Positions 28,047 through 42,725 are shown, counted from the stretch's first letter. The stretch: DNA of 64,000 nucleotides from Eledone cirrhosa (GCA_964016885.1 OZ024752.1:24862001-24926000); one strand, 5' to 3'. Made by a program: numbers and translations. The notes: generated by a model not told the origin, from the letters alone.

Positions 28047-28569
28047 TATACATATATATATACACTGTGTACAGTATATATACACTATATATGATGTCCA
28101 AGACAGGTAATGGTTGATAGAGCTTGGCACCAGTGACGTCACAACGTATATATGTACTATATATATACACTATGTATATATTATAGATACACTGTGTACA
28201 GTATATGTACACTATATATATGTCCAAGGGAAAGGTTATGGCGTATACAGCTTGGCACTAGTGACATCACAAGATATATATACTATATATATAGAATATA
28301 TATTATATAGTATATTTCCACTATATATATGTCCAAGGGAAAGATTATGGTCGATACAGTTTGGCACCAATGACATCACAACTCATTTCTACAGCTGAGT
28401 AAACTGGAGCATCGTGAAATAAAGTGTCTTGCTCAAGGACCCAACAGATCACCCGGTTCGAGAATCGAACTCACCAAATTTTGATAGTAAGCCCAATGCT
28501 CTAACCACTAAGCCATGATACCTTCCAGAACCAACTTTGATATAGAGAGACCATAAAGACAACCGTTGT

Positions 28570-28903
28570 TTTCACAGTTTAACCCTTAAAATACCTCTCA
28601 TACATGCTTTAAGTACATATAAACTCATTAAAACACACTTTTGTATTTAAACAGCAAACTATCGGTCGTAAGATGTCCCTTCCTTACGATATACACTTTA
28701 ATAACATTGAAACTTATTTAATAAGTTTAAAATTTAAATACTTTTTATTCAGACGTACCGCGATAAGAAAATAGATAGGTTCTAACGAAAAATCAGCGAT
28801 GTAGCGAGGATTACCGTGATAGGAAATTAGATACGCTCCAAAAAAATATACGCAATGCAACGGGACCGCGAAAAGATAACCGCGATATAGCAGGGGATTA
28901 CTG
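28570..28903. mobile_element. pogo/Tigger-like MITE end
   Basis: Ends accgcgatatagcaggggattactg|ta (a CAGTA..CCC-type TIR) with subterminal cgcga-like repeats. Confidence 0.55.
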
Positions 28904-29235
28904 TATATATACATACACAACATACATCTATCTATATACACTCATAATATTTATTTCGATTTTTGACTTTAAAATGTTGACTGAGGGTGCGACAACTGTT
29001 TCTTGTTTGAGGTTGTTCCAGTGGTTGAAATATAGACGGAGGTATTTTAAATAATAAAGACAGTCATGATAACAATATATTTTATATCACATGTAACAGT
29101 GGAATTTGCTGATTGAAAAATAACACATCAACATTTCAGTTTGGAAGTTTTTTTTTTTATATAGATAAAAGTGGAAGAAGAAATATATTTTTCTAATGTT
29201 GTATTTTCACTTGTATATAATTCTGGATCGTTGTA

Positions 29236-30887
29236 GGGTTCACATAATTATATTATTTACACACATTAATATAGACATTAAGTAAATCTTTGTCAACTTA
29301 CCTCCTTCACATATAATCAATGTGTTGTGTTGTTAGTTTTTACTAAACAACCAAAGAAATAATCTCTTTATCAAATTAGAAGTTTCAAAGATGTTATCAG
29401 CTTTATTTCACGACATTAACGTTGGTGTATCTTCTTCATCTTTAGTCATAAAGGCTGACTTTATGTCTTTAGCTATAGATTTAATAGGAAATATATATAT
29501 ATATTAGGTTGATATGTGGTCTAAAATATATATATTGTCTATAATTGACTGATAGCAGATGTTCTGGTGAAATAGTACTTTTGCTACTACAGATTGTAAT
29601 GGAACTCTTAGTGGAGACAATTGTAAAGTAAGAATAGATATGACAGTGTAAGACTGATGTCAGGGAATTAAAATTGTGTGTGTGTATATATATATATATA
29701 ATTGTTACACTAGATATAATTAGATTAATTAAAGTTATAATGAAGACAGCAGGTACTCGGTGTCGTTGGGAATGTTTCAACTCTTATACCGGTGTGACAC
29801 TTTAAAAGTCCCTGATATAATTTAATACATTCAGACACATTTCCAATCATATTTAATTGATTGTAAATCAGAAAATATCACTCAATAAAATATCAATTAT
29901 ATATCAATAAGAAATCCTCTACGTAGTCTCTCTAACTGCTAGAAATAGCAGTGATATTATCCATTAGAACTTATTTTTTTGTTTAAAATCTCTAAAGTTT
30001 AGTTATACAATCTTTTCTACAGACTTCAGAATAAACTGGAAGACCGTCAGAATATCATTCTCCCTCTTGCATATATATATATATATATATATATACATTT
30101 AGGTTTGTTGGTTCACCACTGGATAGAACTGGTCATTCCGTATAGTCAACCTTGATGGGAGAGCATTCGACGTAATCCTATATTTCAGGTTATTGATATC
30201 ATGACTGTCTTTATTATTTGGCAGTATCGGTAGAGAGTTGGACGCTATGTTTTCCAGCATAGTTACGTCCCTTTACGGTCTGAGTTCAAATCAAGTCGAG
30301 GTTAACTTTGCCTTTCATCCTTACTGGGTCGATAAAATAAAGTACCAGTAATGCACTGTGTAATTGATGGCCTTGTACCAAAAGTAGAAACAATTATTTA
30401 AAATACCTTGGGCGATGGATTGGCAGTATTGGTAGAGGGTCGGACGCCATGTTTTGAAGCATAGAGTTACCTCCCTTTATGATATGAGTTGAAATACCGC
30501 CGAGGTTAACTTTGCCTTTTATCATTACAGGTTTGATGACACCGGTACGAGAGTTGAATCATTCTCAACAACACTGAATACCTGCTGTCTTCATTCCAGG
30601 TTAACTTTGCCTTTCATCCTTACGGGGTCGATAAAATAAAGTACCAGTAATGCACTGGTTAATTGCTGGCCTTGTGCCAAAAGTAGAAACAATTATAACT
30701 TTAATTAATCTAATTATATCTTGTGTAACAATGATATATATATATACACACAATTTTCTCTCCCCTACATCAGTCTTACTCTGTCATATCTATTCTTACT
30801 TTACAATTGTGTCTACTAAGAGTTCCATTACAATCTGTAGTAGTAAAACTACTATATCACCAGAACATCTGCTATCAGTCATATATG

Positions 30888-30975
<88 letters not shown>

Positions 30976-31212
30976 CTAAACAGAAATAACAACACAATCG
31001 GTACAGTATATGGAATGGATATATGAGGTTAACACTTGATATAGCAGGAAGAGAGTCTAAACGTTTTGGACGCTAGTCTTTCATCAGAAGAAAGAATGAG
31101 AAATAAAATAGATTGAGGGGGCTGGCGGGTTGGATTTGGAAAAAATGTCTTTAGATAAAAATATCTATGTAATGTAAATGTAATACAGCCAAAGGGGCAC
31201 ATAATGGGAAAT
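29236..31212. repeat. Segmental duplication block, copy 2, including the inverted repeat 29545-30880
   Basis: Colinear with 9855-12035 but lacks the SINE at 10352. Confidence 0.85.
31056..31091 (-). ncRNA. Minimal hammerhead-like motif, degenerate (G12>A)
   Basis: The minus strand reads tctt CTGATGA aagactagcgtcc AAAAC GT ttaga. Confidence 0.45.
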
Positions 31213-31241
31213 AACTCCCGAGATATGGGGTTTCTAGGGTG

Positions 31242-31467
31242 CCTTCATAAATAGAGAGAGGGATAGAGAGGAAGAGAGAGCGGTTGTGACAGAATAGATT
31301 GAAAGAGAGACATAGAGAGAGAGAGCTGGTGGTGTTGTGTAAATATATATGAGTGTGTGTGTGTGTATATGTGTGTGTCTATGACCAGTATATATAGATC
31401 ACAGACACCGACATATATAAATATATATACAAACACATATATATATATGTTTATACACACTCACATT

Positions 31468-31556
<89 letters not shown>

Positions 31557-32066
31557 CGACAATCCGACAATTCGATAGAATTTTATATCCTCAGATTCCA
31601 ATTCTTGCTTCACTACTAGCTATTCTATCCTATTTCCAAAACAAATCCTCCTGTATTCTGTGTATTTTCTCGTATTTTCCAAAACAAATCTTGTATTTTT
31701 TGTTATTGCTTGTTAAATACGAAGTTTTTGTCGTATTTTACTAAACAAATCTTGTATTTTTGTTATCGCTTGTTAAATACGAGGATCTTACATAAACCTA
31801 TTCTTCTCGCCTTCATAAATAGAGAGAGGGATAGAGAGGAAGAGAGAGCGGTTGTGACAGAATAGATTGAAAGAGAGACATAGCGAGAGAGAGCTGGTGG
31901 TGTTGTGTAAATATATATGAGTGTGTGTGTGTGTGTATATGTGTGTGTCTATGACCAGTATATATAGATCACAGACACCGACATATATAAATATATATAC
32001 AAACATATATATATATATATGTCTATACACACTCACATTTATATATATATATATATATACACACAC

Positions 32067-32118
<52 letters not shown>

Positions 32119-32365
32119 CGACAATCCGACAATTCGATAGCATTTTATATCCTCAGATTCCAATTCTTGCTTCACTACTAGCTATTCTATCCTATTTCCG
32201 AAACAAATCCTCCTGTATTCTGTGTATTTTCTCGTATTTTCCAAAACAAATCTTGTATTTTTTGTTATTGCTTGTTAAATACGAAGTTTTTGTCGTATTT
32301 TACTAAACAAATCTTGTATTTTTGTTATCGCTTGTTAAATACGAGGATCTTACATAAACCTATTC
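31242..32365. repeat. Tandem duplication, ~568 bp x2
   Basis: ccttcataaatagagag...ggatcttacataaacctattctt occurs twice and is near-identical apart from the (TA)n lengths. Confidence 0.92.
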
Positions 32366-35300
32366 TTGTCGCTAACAACTCAACACCCCTCTCTCCCGCC
32401 CCCACGCACCACCATTATTATTACGTGGACCAATCATAAGCCAGAGGCCTATACTATCGCTTACCTGGTCGCCTTCGATATGACGGATGGAAGGACTACG
32501 GAATTCCGGAGAGTTGAAGAGAGAAAAATCTGGACGCTCAGCGACAATGCCAAAGATAAAGACAAATTCACCTCGTGGACGAGAATGCGAACATTCCTCT
32601 TTGTTTCGGCCGCGGATGGCTAACATAACCCCATCTCCCCCCCGCTCCCCACCGCTCCCACCCTCCAAACGCAATCCAAAACTTCAGAGTTGGTACCATG
32701 AATGTAGGCACCTTAAAGGGTCGCTCTAACGACGTTGTAGAAATGCTTGAACGTAAGGAGGTCGATGTGTGTTGTATTCAAGAGACCAGGTGGAGGGGTG
32801 GGTCTGATAGATTCATTGTGGGTAAAAAACGATGCTATAAGCTTTTCTGGGTGGGAAATGACAATGGGCTGGGTGGAGTAGGATTCATGGTAGCAGAAAA
32901 GTGGGCAGATAAGATAATAGACGTAAATAGAGTGAACGACAGAATAATTAAAATAAGACTTGTCCTCAGTAGAACGACGGTGACAGTAATATCTGCGTAC
33001 GCACCCCAATCCGGACTGCCCGGCACTATAAAAGACAGATTCTATGAGACACTGATGCTCACTACCTCCCAAATAACCGACAGTGACTATATAATTATTG
33101 CAGGCGACCTAAATGGTCACGTTGGACAACATTGTGACGGCTACGACGAAATCCATGGAGGCTACGGGTTTGGTACTAGAAATGAGGAAGGCTCCAGAAT
33201 CCTGGAATTCTGTGACGCAAATAACCTATCTGTAACACTAACTTCAAAAAACGTGACAATCACCTGATCACCTATAGATCGGGGTAACACACAAGCCAGG
33301 TAGATTATATCCTTACCAGAAGACGTGACAGAGTGTCTGTTGTAAACACTAAATCCCTCCCCCATGAAGAATGCACCTCCCAACATAGACTGATAATTAG
33401 CGACCTAATAGTCAGGACGAGACGTACTAGACAACAGAAGAGGACTATCCTCAGGAGAAAAATATGGAAGCTAAAGGACCCCACAGCCAGAAATAAATTC
33501 AAAAGTATACTACTTGATGCTTTCGACAGTAAGGAAGAGTCGTACAATATAGAGAAGCAGTGGGAATTCCTGAAAGCAAACCTGCTGATGGCGGCAGACG
33601 AAGTCTGTGGCTGGAGCAGGCCTGTAGGCAGGAGGAGAGTAACATGGTGGTGGAACAGTAAGGTGGAGGGGTCAATTAAGGCCAAAAAGCAGGCTTGGAA
33701 AGTATGGCGGGATGGGGGAAGCAGAGAAGACTATCAAGTGGCCAGGAGGGAAGCTAGGAGACAAGTGTACTTCGCAAGAAGGGAAGCAGAGGAAAGAAAG
33801 TTCAAGCATGTTCTACAACGCGAGGACCAAAAACGTGAGGTGTTTTAGATGGCTAGGCAATGTGTCAAGGAAAACCGTGATATTGTCGGGGAGAAGTGAG
33901 TACTTAATGATGACGGCGTACTTGCCATCACCGACGCTGATAAGAAGGTAGCTTGGAAGTGTCACTATGAAAGGCTACTAAATGAGGAGAATAAATGGGA
34001 GAAAGACAGTCTCCTCCACATCGACCCAATAGAGGGACCAGCAGTGTTAGTAAGGCAATCAAAGATATGAAGACGGGTAAGGCGGCTGGGCCTTCGGAAA
34101 TAGTTGCCGAGATGCTGAAGGCATCTGGTACGGTGGGACACACCATGGTCACCCGGATAGTCAACCAAGTCGTACAGAATGGGGTTGTTCCGAAGGACTG
34201 GCGTAGCAGCATCATCGTTAACTGTTATAAGGGTAAAGCAGATGCCCTAGATAGGAGTAACTATAGAGGCATTAAATTAATCGACCAGGTCATGAAGGTC
34301 ACGGAAAAAGTAATAGCGCAACTAATCAGAGAGAGAATTGATCTAGATGAAATGCAGTTCGGGTTTGTGTCAGGCAAAAGTACCACAGACGCTCTTTTCA
34401 TTGTACGACAACGGCAGGAGAAGTACCTAGCTAAAAGTAAACCCCTATACTTAGCTTTTGTCGACTTGGAGAAAGCCTTCGACAGAGTCCCCCGTTCCAT
34501 TATCTGGTGGGCTCTTAGAAAACTAGGTGTTGACGAATGGCTTGTGAGAGCTATACAAGCCATGTATAAAGAAACAGTCAGCAAGGTTAGAATTAACAAC
34601 GAATATAGTGAAGAGTTTAGCGTAAAAGTTGGTGTCCATCAGGGCTCTGTTCTCAGCCCCCTACTATTTATTATTACCCTTCAGGCTATAACAGAGGAGT
34701 TCAAGACCGGTTGCCCATGGGAACTTCTATACGCAGATGACCTAACACTCATAGCTGAATCAATGGCCGAGCTAGAGAAGAAATTCCAAACATGGAAGGA
34801 AGCACGGCCTAGAATCAAAAGGCCTTAAAATTAACCTGGCTAAGACTAAAGTTCTAGTTTGTAAGAAAGAAAATAAGGCGGCGGTCCCTTCCGGGAAGTG
34901 GCCATGCTCAGTGTGTAGGAAAGGCGTAGGTAGAAACTCCATTTTGTGTCCCAAATGCAAAGTATGGGTGCATAAAAGATGTAGTGGGATCACAGGTAAG
35001 CTAACTAAGAACATAGATTTTACATGTGGCCGGTGCTCTGGTGCAATAAGTAGCAGCAAGTGCCCACAAAATACTAGCTCTTTCAACTGCGCAGAGGGTT
35101 CTATAGAAATAGTGGACAGCTTCCGTTACCTGGGTGACAAAATCAGCAGTGGGGGAGGGTGCTCTGAAAGTACAGTAGCTAGAGTCAGAACTGGATGGAA
35201 AAAGTTCAGAGAGCTTATTAGCCGCTAAAGGGTTCTCCCTAAAAATGAAAGGCAGGTTGTACGATGCCTGTATACGAACAGCAATGTTGCATGGCAGTGA

Positions 35301-36074
35301 GACCTGGGAATTGTGTGCAGAGGATATACGCAGACTAGAGAGAAACGAAGCTTGCCTGCTCCGCTGGATGTGTAATAGTAATACACGTGAACGGCAAAGC
35401 ATAAACGAACTAAGGAAAAAATTAGAAATAAGAGGGATCAGATGTTGTTTACTCGGGAGAAGGCTACGTTGGTATGGTCACGTGATGCGCATGAAGGACG
35501 ATAGCTGTATAACAAAGTGCAGGGCAATACAGATAGACGGTAGCCTCGGAATAGGCAGACCCAGAAAAACCTGGGACGAGCTGATAAATTCCGACCTCAC
35601 ACACTTACACCTCACCAAGACAATGTTACTGGACCGAGACCTTTGGCAGTACTCAGTAATAGAGAAGACCCGCCTTACCTAAATACAAAGTAAAACCTAC
35701 TACAGTCAGTAGGCATCTCTAACAAAATAAACCCCCGTCCCACCACCCCCACCCCATCCACACCGCCCCTTTCAATGTAAAGTTATGTTGGTGCCACAAC
35801 ATCCAGGCCGAAACAAATGAGATCGTGTAGGTGTCACGTCAAAAAAACACACAGTTCACGCTGTAATGTGGCCGTGTAGGCAACACGGTAAAAACCTCCC
35901 AGCCCCACACTGTAAATGTGGTTGGTGTTAGGAAGGGCATCCAGCTGTAGAAAACCCGCCAGATAGTCCTATGCGAGCAAGATAATCACTCTTGCCTCAA
36001 GTGGGAAAACCCCCGTCCAAACCCATGCAAGCGTGGAACACGGACGTTAAACGATGATGATGATGATGATGATG
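32366..36074 (+). mobile_element. RTE LINE family 2, apparently full length, frameshifted
   Basis: EN ORF 32698-33267 (NVGTL, CIQETRW, SAYAPQ, AGDLNGHVG), RT ORF 33995-34828 (YADD), C-terminal ORF 35245-35682, ~400-bp 3' region and (gat)n tail. Confidence 0.96.
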
Positions 36075-36164
36075 ATATATATATATATATTGGCCTTCCA
36101 GTTTCACATTATATACATGTCTGTATAAAATTATTTTGAGGTGAACATATATATATATATGTGT

Positions 36165-36580
36165 AGAGGCACGTGTTCTAGTGATAAGGGTGTTGGACTT
36201 ACGATCATAATGTCGTGGGCTCGATTCCTCGGTTGCGTGTTGTGTTCTTGAGCAAAACACTTCATTTCACATTGCTCCATTATACTCAGCTGAAAATGAG
36301 TACCAACAATAGCTGGAGGTTTAAACCTGCGATGGACTGGTGTCCTGTCCAGAGGGGAGTCTTGTACTCTCAGTTGCTTAATATATACTTTACAAAACCC
36401 TGCGATGGAGTGGTGTCCTGTCCAGGGGGGAGTCTTGCACTCTCAGTTGCTAAATATATACTTTACATAACCCTGCCGTGGACTGGTGTCCTGTCCAGGG
36501 GGGAGTCTTGTACTCTCAGTCGCTTCACGCCATGAAACCGGGATAAGCCAAATGAGCCTTCTGGCTTAAGACAGACTTTA
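36165..36580 (+). mobile_element. tRNA/CORE-like SINE with an internally triplicated segment
   Basis: B-box-like ctcgattcc, ttcttgagcaaaacactt, and three copies of cctgcgatggactggtgtcctgtccaggggggagtcttgtactctcagt. Confidence 0.7.
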
Positions 36581-37621
36581 GATATATATGTTTCTATATT
36601 TATATCAAGCAAGAATTTGTTGGTGATTCCGCTCTCTTCCACCTCTGTATTGGACAGCAAGACTCAGTAGAGTGTCTCCTTCGTTGGACTACCTCAACAC
36701 CAACGATCCTCTCACAGGTAAGTACATATCCAACAAAGCTGGAGGTGAAGCAATTATCAAAGTACTTCAACATCTTTTTAACTGTTTTATCACTACAGGA
36801 AAAAATCCCAGACATGTTCAAAAAAGCATTCATAGTTGTACTCTACGAAATGGTAGCAGACTTGATTGTGGAATCTATTGTCCTATCAGCCTATTAATCC
36901 TTTAATGTTCAAACCGGCCAAAGCCAGCCAGAATTCTCTACTTCTTTCTGTTGAAACTGGCTGTAACTGGTCACTCAAACTGATGTTATGGTATTGTTCT
37001 CAAAATAAATACTTTCCAAATCTCATAGATTCGATATTATGTAAGATAAAGCCTTTACTGTGAAAATACAATAGTATATATAGAGTAATGTAAATGTTAT
37101 GTGAGATATTATGTGAGGTAAAGCCTTTACTGTGAAAATATAATAGTATATATAGAGTAATGTAAATGTTATATTAGATATTTTGTAAGATAAAGCCTTT
37201 ACTGTGAAAACACAATAGTATATATAGAGTAATGTAAATGTTATGTGAGATATTATGTGAGGTAATGCCTTTACTGTGAAAATACAATAGTATATATAGT
37301 GTAATGTAAATGTTATGTGAGGTAAAGCTTCTCTTCCTCTCTCTCTCTAGAAAGCCAGATCCTTTCTCAACCATGGAACCATGTATTACTTGATGTCCTG
37401 TTTAGAGGTCACAAACTGTCAGATTTCTTTGACCCAATACTTTCCCTGATCAAGGTAAAGTCTCCCTTTATTTATATCCTCGCTTTGTGTGGTTGGTGTT
37501 AGGAAGGGCCTCCAGCTATAAAATACCCAACAGTCCTCACCGGAGCAAAGCGCAATGGGGGCCAACTATGGCCAGACTTGAACCAGACTCTGCCTCCTTC
37601 ACTGTGTTTATCACTAGAACT

Positions 37622-38008
37622 ATCATCATCATCATCATTTTACGCCCACTTTTCCCTGCTTGCAAGGGTGGGATGGGAACTGATTCTGGCTTGATTTCTA
37701 CAGCTGGATGCCCTTCTTAACACAGACCTCATTTACAGTGTGTGCTGGGTGCTTTTTTGCCGTGGCACCCCCACGATCACTTTACAGTGAGTGCTGGCTG
37801 CTCTTTTGCCATGGCACCTCCACGACCACTTTGCAGTGGAATGATAGGGACCGCAGTCCTATCATCTCATTTCTACAGTTGAGTAAACTGGAGCAATGTG
37901 AAATAAAGTGTCTTGCTCAAGGAAACAACACATCACCTGGTCTGAGAATTGAACTCACAACCTTTTGATTGCAAAACCAATGCTCTAACCTCTAAGCCAT
38001 GTGCCTCC
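37622..38008 (-). mobile_element. SINE, same family as 10352-10697
   Basis: Reverse complement of the 10352 copy, with the internal gcacccagcactcactgtaaa module duplicated. Confidence 0.85.
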
Positions 38009-38011
38009 ATG

Positions 38012-38077
<66 letters not shown>

Positions 38078-38089
38078 AAAGATAAAAAA

Positions 38090-38205
38090 AAGATGGTTCA
38101 CAGACACTCTATGAAGAACCATAGACTAGAGAACTCAACAACGCTGGCCAATAAAATCTGGCAGCTTAAGGACACAAACCAGGAATATGGGATTAACTGG
38201 ACGAA
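38090..38205 (+). mobile_element. Naiad-type PLE GIY-YIG fragment
   Basis: HRHSMKNHRLENSTTLANKIWQLKDTNQEYGINW aligns with HVASFKHTDKRTATALANKVWEFKDKNIQYSIDW of the 53-kb element. Confidence 0.7.
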
Positions 38206-38737
38206 ATTTAATTACCACCCACCTCCACATCTTGTGTATATAACATAGCCATTTGTTTCTCTATATATGCCTGTGTCTACCGTTCCTTCATAAACTAGTT
38301 CCTTGATCATGATCACAACACCGTCATCCTGAAATACCACATCCACCAGATGCTAATGTATGCACACGTCATGTTAAAAGCTGGTCAAATCCAATCAGAT
38401 CAAGTCCTCATGAAGAATTTGTTGCACAAGGTAAATAGTATGTGTGTGTGTGTATATATATATATGTGTGTGTGTATATGTGTGTGTCTGTGTGTATATA
38501 TGTGCGTGTGTATATATATATGTGTGTGTATATATATATATATATGTGTGTATGTATATATATATATGTGTGGGTGTGTATGTGTGTATATATGTGTGAA
38601 CTCTAGCTAACAGCTGTGATGTTGACAAGAATGTAGTACTCAATATAGGGTGCATGATGAGAGAGTAGCATTCAGGAAGGGGAAAATACATAATGAAAAA
38701 CACACCAATATATATAGTATATATATATATACATACA

Positions 38738-38780
<43 letters not shown>

Positions 38781-38940
38781 TTAGAAACACACAGATACAT
38801 GCGGACACACACATATACATGAATGCATCCGCACCCAACCGCGAGTTAAGGGTGCCAACCTCACCGATGTTGCTCAATGAATGACTGGGACAGACCAATC
38901 CGGTTGAACTAGACTGAACCAGTATCAGAGTTAAAAATAC

Positions 38941-39187
38941 ATTATGAAGAGTGAAGAAACATTTAGATATAACTTTTGGGATTCTTTCTCACGTCGTGTA
39001 GACGCGTTCTTGAGGCTAGTAAAATGAGGTATCCTCTTGATAAGTCGGCAGACCTCGCAAGGACTCTATATCTTTATGATGTATTGTTTTTGTTTATGCC
39101 ACGAAACTACGTAGTCGAGGAATCTAGGAGCAGTTTAGGTATGATACATTTTATTACTAATTATATCTAAATGTTTCTTCTCTCTTC

Positions 39188-39192
<5 letters not shown>
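38941..39192. repeat. Inverted repeat, ~31-bp arms around ~190 bp, abutting (TA)n
   Basis: attatgaagagtgaagaaacatttagatataa / ttatatctaaatgtttcttctctcttcataat. Confidence 0.8.
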
Positions 39193-39268
<76 letters not shown>

Positions 39269-39349
39269 GGTAAACAGAAATAACAACACAATCGGTACAG
39301 TATATGGAAGGGATATATTAGGTAAACGATTGATATAGCAGGAAGAGGG

Positions 39350-39385
39350 TCTTAACGTTTCAGATGCTAGTCCTTCATCAGAAGA
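39350..39385 (-). ncRNA. Minimal (PLE-type) hammerhead ribozyme motif
   Basis: The minus strand reads tctt CTGATGA a ggactagcatct GAAAC GT T|aaga. Stem I is tctt/aaga, and the palindromic AACGTT stem III would require dimerisation. Confidence 0.6.
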
Positions 39386-40045
39386 AAGAATGCGAAATAA
39401 AATAGATTGAAAGGACGGGTGGGGTGGAATTGGAAAATAATGTCTTTAGATAAAAATAATAGGTCCTTTCATGTTGACATCTCTTGCAAAACTTTCTATA
39501 TATATATATCTATATATATATATACAATGATATTAAATAAATGGTAACTATATTTATAAAACCATATTTATTCTATTATATATATTTCAAGGGTACCAAA
39601 ACTTTGGTATGCACTCATCATATAAAATACAAAGTTTGTTTTATAAATAGTGACATACCTAGGAATAATACCTTAACGGTTCAAGTTTCTCCTGGATAGT
39701 GAAAGGAAAGAGAGAAAAAGGGAAGAAAGGAAAAGACAAATATTTCAAATTATTTTGATATGAGGATGATAATTTACCACAAATATTACAGTGATATGGC
39801 TTTTCTCCAGTATATATATATGTTTCTATGTAGTTAATGTAGAAATGAAAGAGAATAATTTCTCCTCAATATCACAGTGGTATGGCTTTTCACTCATATA
39901 AATATATTTGTGTTTAATTAATTCACCATTTTGAGATAATGAGATATGACTTTGTTATGGTTTCTCACCTGTATGGGTATATTTGTGTCTAGTTAAACTA
40001 CTTGAAACGGAGAATGATTTACCACAGATATCAGTGATATGGCTA

Positions 40046-40207
<162 letters not shown>

Positions 40208-40286
40208 TCATTTCTCTCCGGTATGGGTACGTTTGTGTCTAGTTAAGGTGGTACTATCAGAGAATGATTTACCACAGGTATCACAT

Positions 40287-42628
40287 GATGGAATGAGACA
40301 TACAGGAATGTGTGGAGAAGAAAGGTCTGGAAGCTAAAAGACCTTTCACTAAAATACAAATTTAGGAAAGCCCTTCAAGATGTATATGACGAAACAGAAG
40401 ACGATTTAGAGACGTATGACATAGATAATAACTGGAATTTCTTACGTGACAACTTGCTGCAGGCTACTGATAAAACTTGTGGCTGGAGCAGAGCTCCAAC
40501 TAGACAGAGAGTGACCTGGTGGTGAAACAGCACAGTAGATAAGGCCATTAGAGACAAAAGACTAGCATGGAAGGCTTGGAAAAAGGGTGGGAGTAGGGAA
40601 GAATATACAGCCACTAAGAGAGTAGCTAGACGTCAGGTGTACTTAGTACGCAAGGAGGCGGAGTGTAGGAGGTTTGCCAATGTTCTGCGACGAGAAGATC
40701 AGAGGGTGTGGTGTTCCACATTGCAAGGCAGTGTGTCAATGCAAATCAGGATGTTGTTGGAGATAAATGTGTCCGGGATGATGCCAGTGTACTTTGTGTC
40801 ACGAATGATCAGAAAAAGAAGGCCTGGAAATGTCATTATGAGAGACTGATGAATGTGGAGAACGAATGGGAGAGAGAGAAATTACCCTTAGTAGATCCGA
40901 AAGAGGGATCAGCCATTGAGATTGACGAATATAGGGTCCAATAGGCGATTAAGGAAATGAAAAATGGTAAGGCTGCTGGACCATCGGGAATAGTTGCTGA
41001 TATGCTGAAGGCATCATGGGACGTAGGCACTAAACTGGTTGCACGCATCATCAATTAGGCTATATATGGTAGTGTCATACCCAAAGACTGCTGCAGCAGT
41101 ATTCTCATAAATTGCTACAAAGGTAAAGGGGATGCTCTGGAGAGGAGCAATTATAGGGGTATAAAACTGATGGATCAGGTTATGAAAGTGGCAGAAAGGA
41201 TATTAGCACAACTAATTAGAGAAAGGGTCAAACTAGATGAGATGCAGTTTGGTTTTGTGCCTGGGAAGAGTACAGCAGATGCCCTCTTCTTGGTGAGACA
41301 ATTGCAAGAGAGGTTCTTAGAGAAAAATAAGCCACTATACTTAACCTTTGTTGACCTAGAGAAGGCCTTTTATAGGGTACCCCGATCTGTCATCTGGTGG
41401 TCCCTAAGGAAGCTAGATGTTGAGGAATGGCTTTTGAAACAGTGCAAACTGTGTACAGAGGTACTCTCAGTAAAGTCAGGGTAAGAATGGAGTTTAGTGA
41501 GGAATTCCAGATAAAAGTAGGAATACATCAAGGTTCGGTCCTCATCCCGCTCTTGTTCATCTCTATGTCCTCCAAGCCATAACAGAGGAGTTTAAGACTG
41601 GCTGTCCATGGGAGCTTCTCTATGCTGACGATCTGGTTCTTATAGCAGAGTCAGTAGAGGAGCTAGAGAATAAATTCTGGCTATGGAAACAGCAGTTGGA
41701 AGCAAGAGGACTGAGAGTGAACCTAGCTAAGGCAAAAGTGTTGATGAGTAGAAAAGAGGACAAAACCCTGATTCCGTCAGGGAAATGGCCATGTTCGATA
41801 TGCAGAAAAGGAACTGGCATAAATTCTATAAAATGCACACAATGCAGATCCTGGGTACACAAGAGATGTAGCGGGATAGCAGGCAAACTAACAGGTAGGG
41901 AGAAATATGTATGCAGTATATGTACAGGGAAATTAGACAGTAGAAGTCGCATTGATAGACACATTTTTCAAATGCAGGAGGGCGCTATAGAAGTGGTGGA
42001 TAGCTTCCGGTACCTAGATCAGATTAGCATGGGAAGAGAGTGTTCCAAGGCCATAGTATCTAGAATAAGGACGGGTTGGAAGAAGTTTAGGGAGCTGCTT
42101 CCTCTACTGATTAAGAAGGGTTTCTCCCTGCGTACGAAAGGCCGGTTGTATGATGCCTGTGTGAGGAGCGCGATGCTGCATGGTAGTGAGACATGGGCAG
42201 CAACTGCAGAGGATATGCGACGGCTGGAGAGAAATGAGGCAAGCATGCTCCGTTGGATGTGCAGTGTAAATGTGCGTGAACGACCCAGCATAAATGTGTT
42301 GAGAGAGAAACTGTGTCTGAGAGGAATAGAATGTAGCGTACGGGAGAGGATACTGAGGTTGTATGGACATGTGATGCGCATGGAGGATGACCGATGGGTG
42401 AAGAAGTGCCAGGAAATGCCAGTTGAAGGAAGATGTGGTAGAGGTAGACCATGAAAAACATAGGCGGAGGTGGTGAGAACAGACCTCAGATCATTGAAGC
42501 TCACGGTGGAGATAACGAAGGACCGTGACGAGTGGAGAGATGCTGTGCTGAATAAGACCCGTCCCACCCTTGCAAGCAGGGAAAAGCGGACGTAAAATGA
42601 TGAAGATGATGATGATGATGATGATGAT
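40287..42628 (+). mobile_element. RTE LINE family 1, 5'-truncated, inserted in ZF gene B
   Basis: RT motifs and (gat)n tail. Imperfect TSD atcacatgat (40280-40289) / atcacaatgat (42627-42637). Confidence 0.95.
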
Positions 42629-42725
42629 CACAATGATATGGCTTGTCTCCTGTATGGGTACGTTTGTGAGTAGTAAGGTACTACTATCAGAGACTGATTT
42701 TCCACAGATATCACAGTGGTATGGC

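Larger units (their letters stand above)
24688..28517 (-). mobile_element. SINE stretched by internal tandem amplification and nested insertions
   Basis: The head and CORE-like part lie at 28385-28517 (minus strand). The ~52-bp segment tgtccaagggaaaggtaatggctgatacagcttggcaccagtgacatcac occurs 6 times. The apparent 3' part lies at 24688-24830. Confidence 0.6.

Noticed and set aside
24828-28382. Repeat-spacer pattern resembling a CRISPR array
   Set aside because: The context is eukaryotic, the spacers are mutually similar TA-rich microsatellite sequence, the repeat is a SINE segment, and there are no cas genes.
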